Below the pieces are notes generated by a model that was not told the DNA's origin, ran no database searches, and was given only the letters and a program-made list of their open reading frames with translations. This document shows positions 56,863 to 58,106 of a DNA stretch of 58,106 bases, piece by piece. The number at the start of each line of letters is the position of its first letter. Within the stretch, counting starts at the first letter, position 1. The translations under genes were made by a program, and so were the position numbers. This stretch comes from Gammaproteobacteria bacterium (GTDB lineage: Bacteria > Pseudomonadota > Gammaproteobacteria > Ga0077554 > Ga007554): assembly GCA_005240065.1 (NCBI GenBank), contig SBBG01000024.1:1-58106 (forward strand), in the 5' to 3' direction.

Positions 56863-57723
56863 TCACTTCGCCACCTTCATCCCCGGCAACAATAGTAACT
56901 GGGCTTCGACAAAGCGAACCCGCGCCTCCGGCAGAATGGCCTCGACAATCTCCTCCGTCAAGCCCGTGATCTCCCAGGCGATCGGGTCGATGGCCTGAAT
57001 GTCTTCGCTGTGGGTCGCTGCCGAATCGATCCGATTGGCGATGACACCGGCGATATGGACGATCGCGGCCTCCAGGGTGAAACGTTCCGACTTGGCCGGC
57101 TCGTGGTGAAATCCGACGATCTCCTGCAGGCTTTCGGGTAACCGCCACAGGCGCAGCAGCTCGGCGCCGACCTGCGCGTGATCGAAATGCAGTACTTCGC
57201 GCTCGATCTCCTCGACAGGGATGCCGCTATCCCGCGCACGCCGCAGCACCACACGCATCAGCTCGGGGATCTTGTGATACATAACCAGATGCCCGATGTC
57301 ATGCAGCAGTCCCGCCACGAACAGACGTTCGGCATGCAGCACGTGACAATAGGGTGCGAGAATCTTTCCTACCACGCCGCAACAGATATTGTGGCGCCAG
57401 AAACTCTCCATATCCACCAGCTCGCTTGATATGTCGGGGAACGTTTTCATTGCGTACATCGCCAGAACCATGTCACGCAATTCCCGCGCGCCGATCAGCG
57501 CCACCGCGCGCGATATCGTATCGACACGGGACACATGGCTGTAGAATGGGCTATTGGCGATCTTGAGCAGTCGCGCCGTCAGCGCTGTATCCTGACTAAT
57601 GACTTTACCGATGTCCGCGGCCGAGTAGCGGGGATTCTCCGCCATCTCATTGACACGCACACACACCTCCGGCAAAGAGGCAAGACCGGAGATTCCTTTG
57701 ACGAGATCATGAGGAGTTAACAT
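56863..57723 (-). CDS. HDOD-domain signalling protein
   Basis: ORF 56863..57762. ATG 57723 (MLTPHDLVKGISGLASLPEV). HD-like core LLHDIGHLVM. Confidence 0.8.
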   Translation of the reverse strand: MLTPHDLVKGISGLASLPEVCVRVNEMAENPRYSAADIGKVISQDTALTARLLKIANSPFYSHVSRVDTISRAVALIGARELRDMVLAMYAMKTFPDISSELVDMESFWRHNICCGVVGKILAPYCHVLHAERLFVAGLLHDIGHLVMYHKIPELMRVVLRRARDSGIPVEEIEREVLHFDHAQVGAELLRLWRLPESLQEIVGFHHEPAKSERFTLEAAIVHIAGVIANRIDSAATHSEDIQAIDPIAWEITGLTEEIVEAILPEARVRFVEAQLLLLPGMKVAK

Positions 57724-57818
57724 GTGGCTTTCCTTGTTACGGAAGACAACAACCAAATTCACGTAATCTTCTTATCGTCTCGCCGCCCGATTTTCTTTAG
57801 GCCGCCCTTTTTCATACT

Positions 57819-57967
57819 GGGGCACTTCTAAAAATTCGATCAAGGCGCGAGGGCAAGGCGGAAATGGGCGAAAAAGCGGAGTTTACACAGTGTACAGTAG
57901 TACATGAGCATTTTGAGCGCATTTCCAACGCCGCCATCGCGGCTTCAGCGGATTTTTAGAAGTGCCC
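57819..57967. mobile_element. Full-length 149-bp MITE-C element (type-1 terminal inverted repeats GGGCACTTCTAAAAAT)
   Basis: The TIRs at both ends are reverse complements. The core GAAAAAGCGGAGTTTACAC...TGAGCATTTTGAG is shared with 26787-26943 and 10569-10690. Confidence 0.85.
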
Positions 57968-57996
57968 TGCTGTAAAATGGCCGCCATGCCAAAACA

Positions 57997-58106
<110 letters not shown>

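Overview
GC-rich chromosomal segment with betaproteobacteria-like synteny (tpiA-secG-tRNA-Leu-nuoA..N; tmk-holB-pilZ-tatD). That taxonomic call is inference from gene order only. Most of the window is core housekeeping. It holds uvrB, an aminotransferase, the complete 14-gene nuoA-N operon, secG/tpiA/orn, tmk/holB/pilZ/tatD, proB, purT and grxC. Accessory content: (i) the 5' end of a secreted SpvB/TcB-type toxin gene cut by the window start, which is absent from the ORF track; (ii) an arsRCB cassette bounded by a MITE-like fragment and an IS66 transposase remnant; (iii) a 7-gene TonB / TonB-dependent receptor / Opp-Dpp-type ABC importer operon; (iv) class II (B12) ribonucleotide reductase nrdJ; (v) a truncated-haemoglobin gene paired with a [2Fe-2S]-FNR reductase gene; (vi) a cluster of NarL-type two-component system, fnr, hsp20 and a divergent 2-hydroxyacid dehydrogenase. 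I found no CRISPR array, no rRNA, no intact transposase and no recognisable defence island. The observations most worth a second look are these. Two perfect FNR boxes (TTGAT-N4-ATCAA) lie near the fnr gene; one sits exactly 41.5 bp from two divergent predicted start sites (hsp20 and the dehydrogenase), the other is upstream of a dksA-like/hpf pair. The glbN plus ferredoxin-FNR reductase pair looks like a split, flavohaemoglobin-like module with an NsrR-like operator. Three families of palindromic repeats or MITEs are present, and three of their copies lie inside the nuo operon; one has perfect 19-bp inverted ends and TAA flanks and supplies the nuoM stop codon. An AT-rich noncoding patch holds a 27-bp inverted-repeat pair and a promoter-plus-terminator unit that could be a small RNA. 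All functional calls rest on motif recognition by eye, because no database search was possible.
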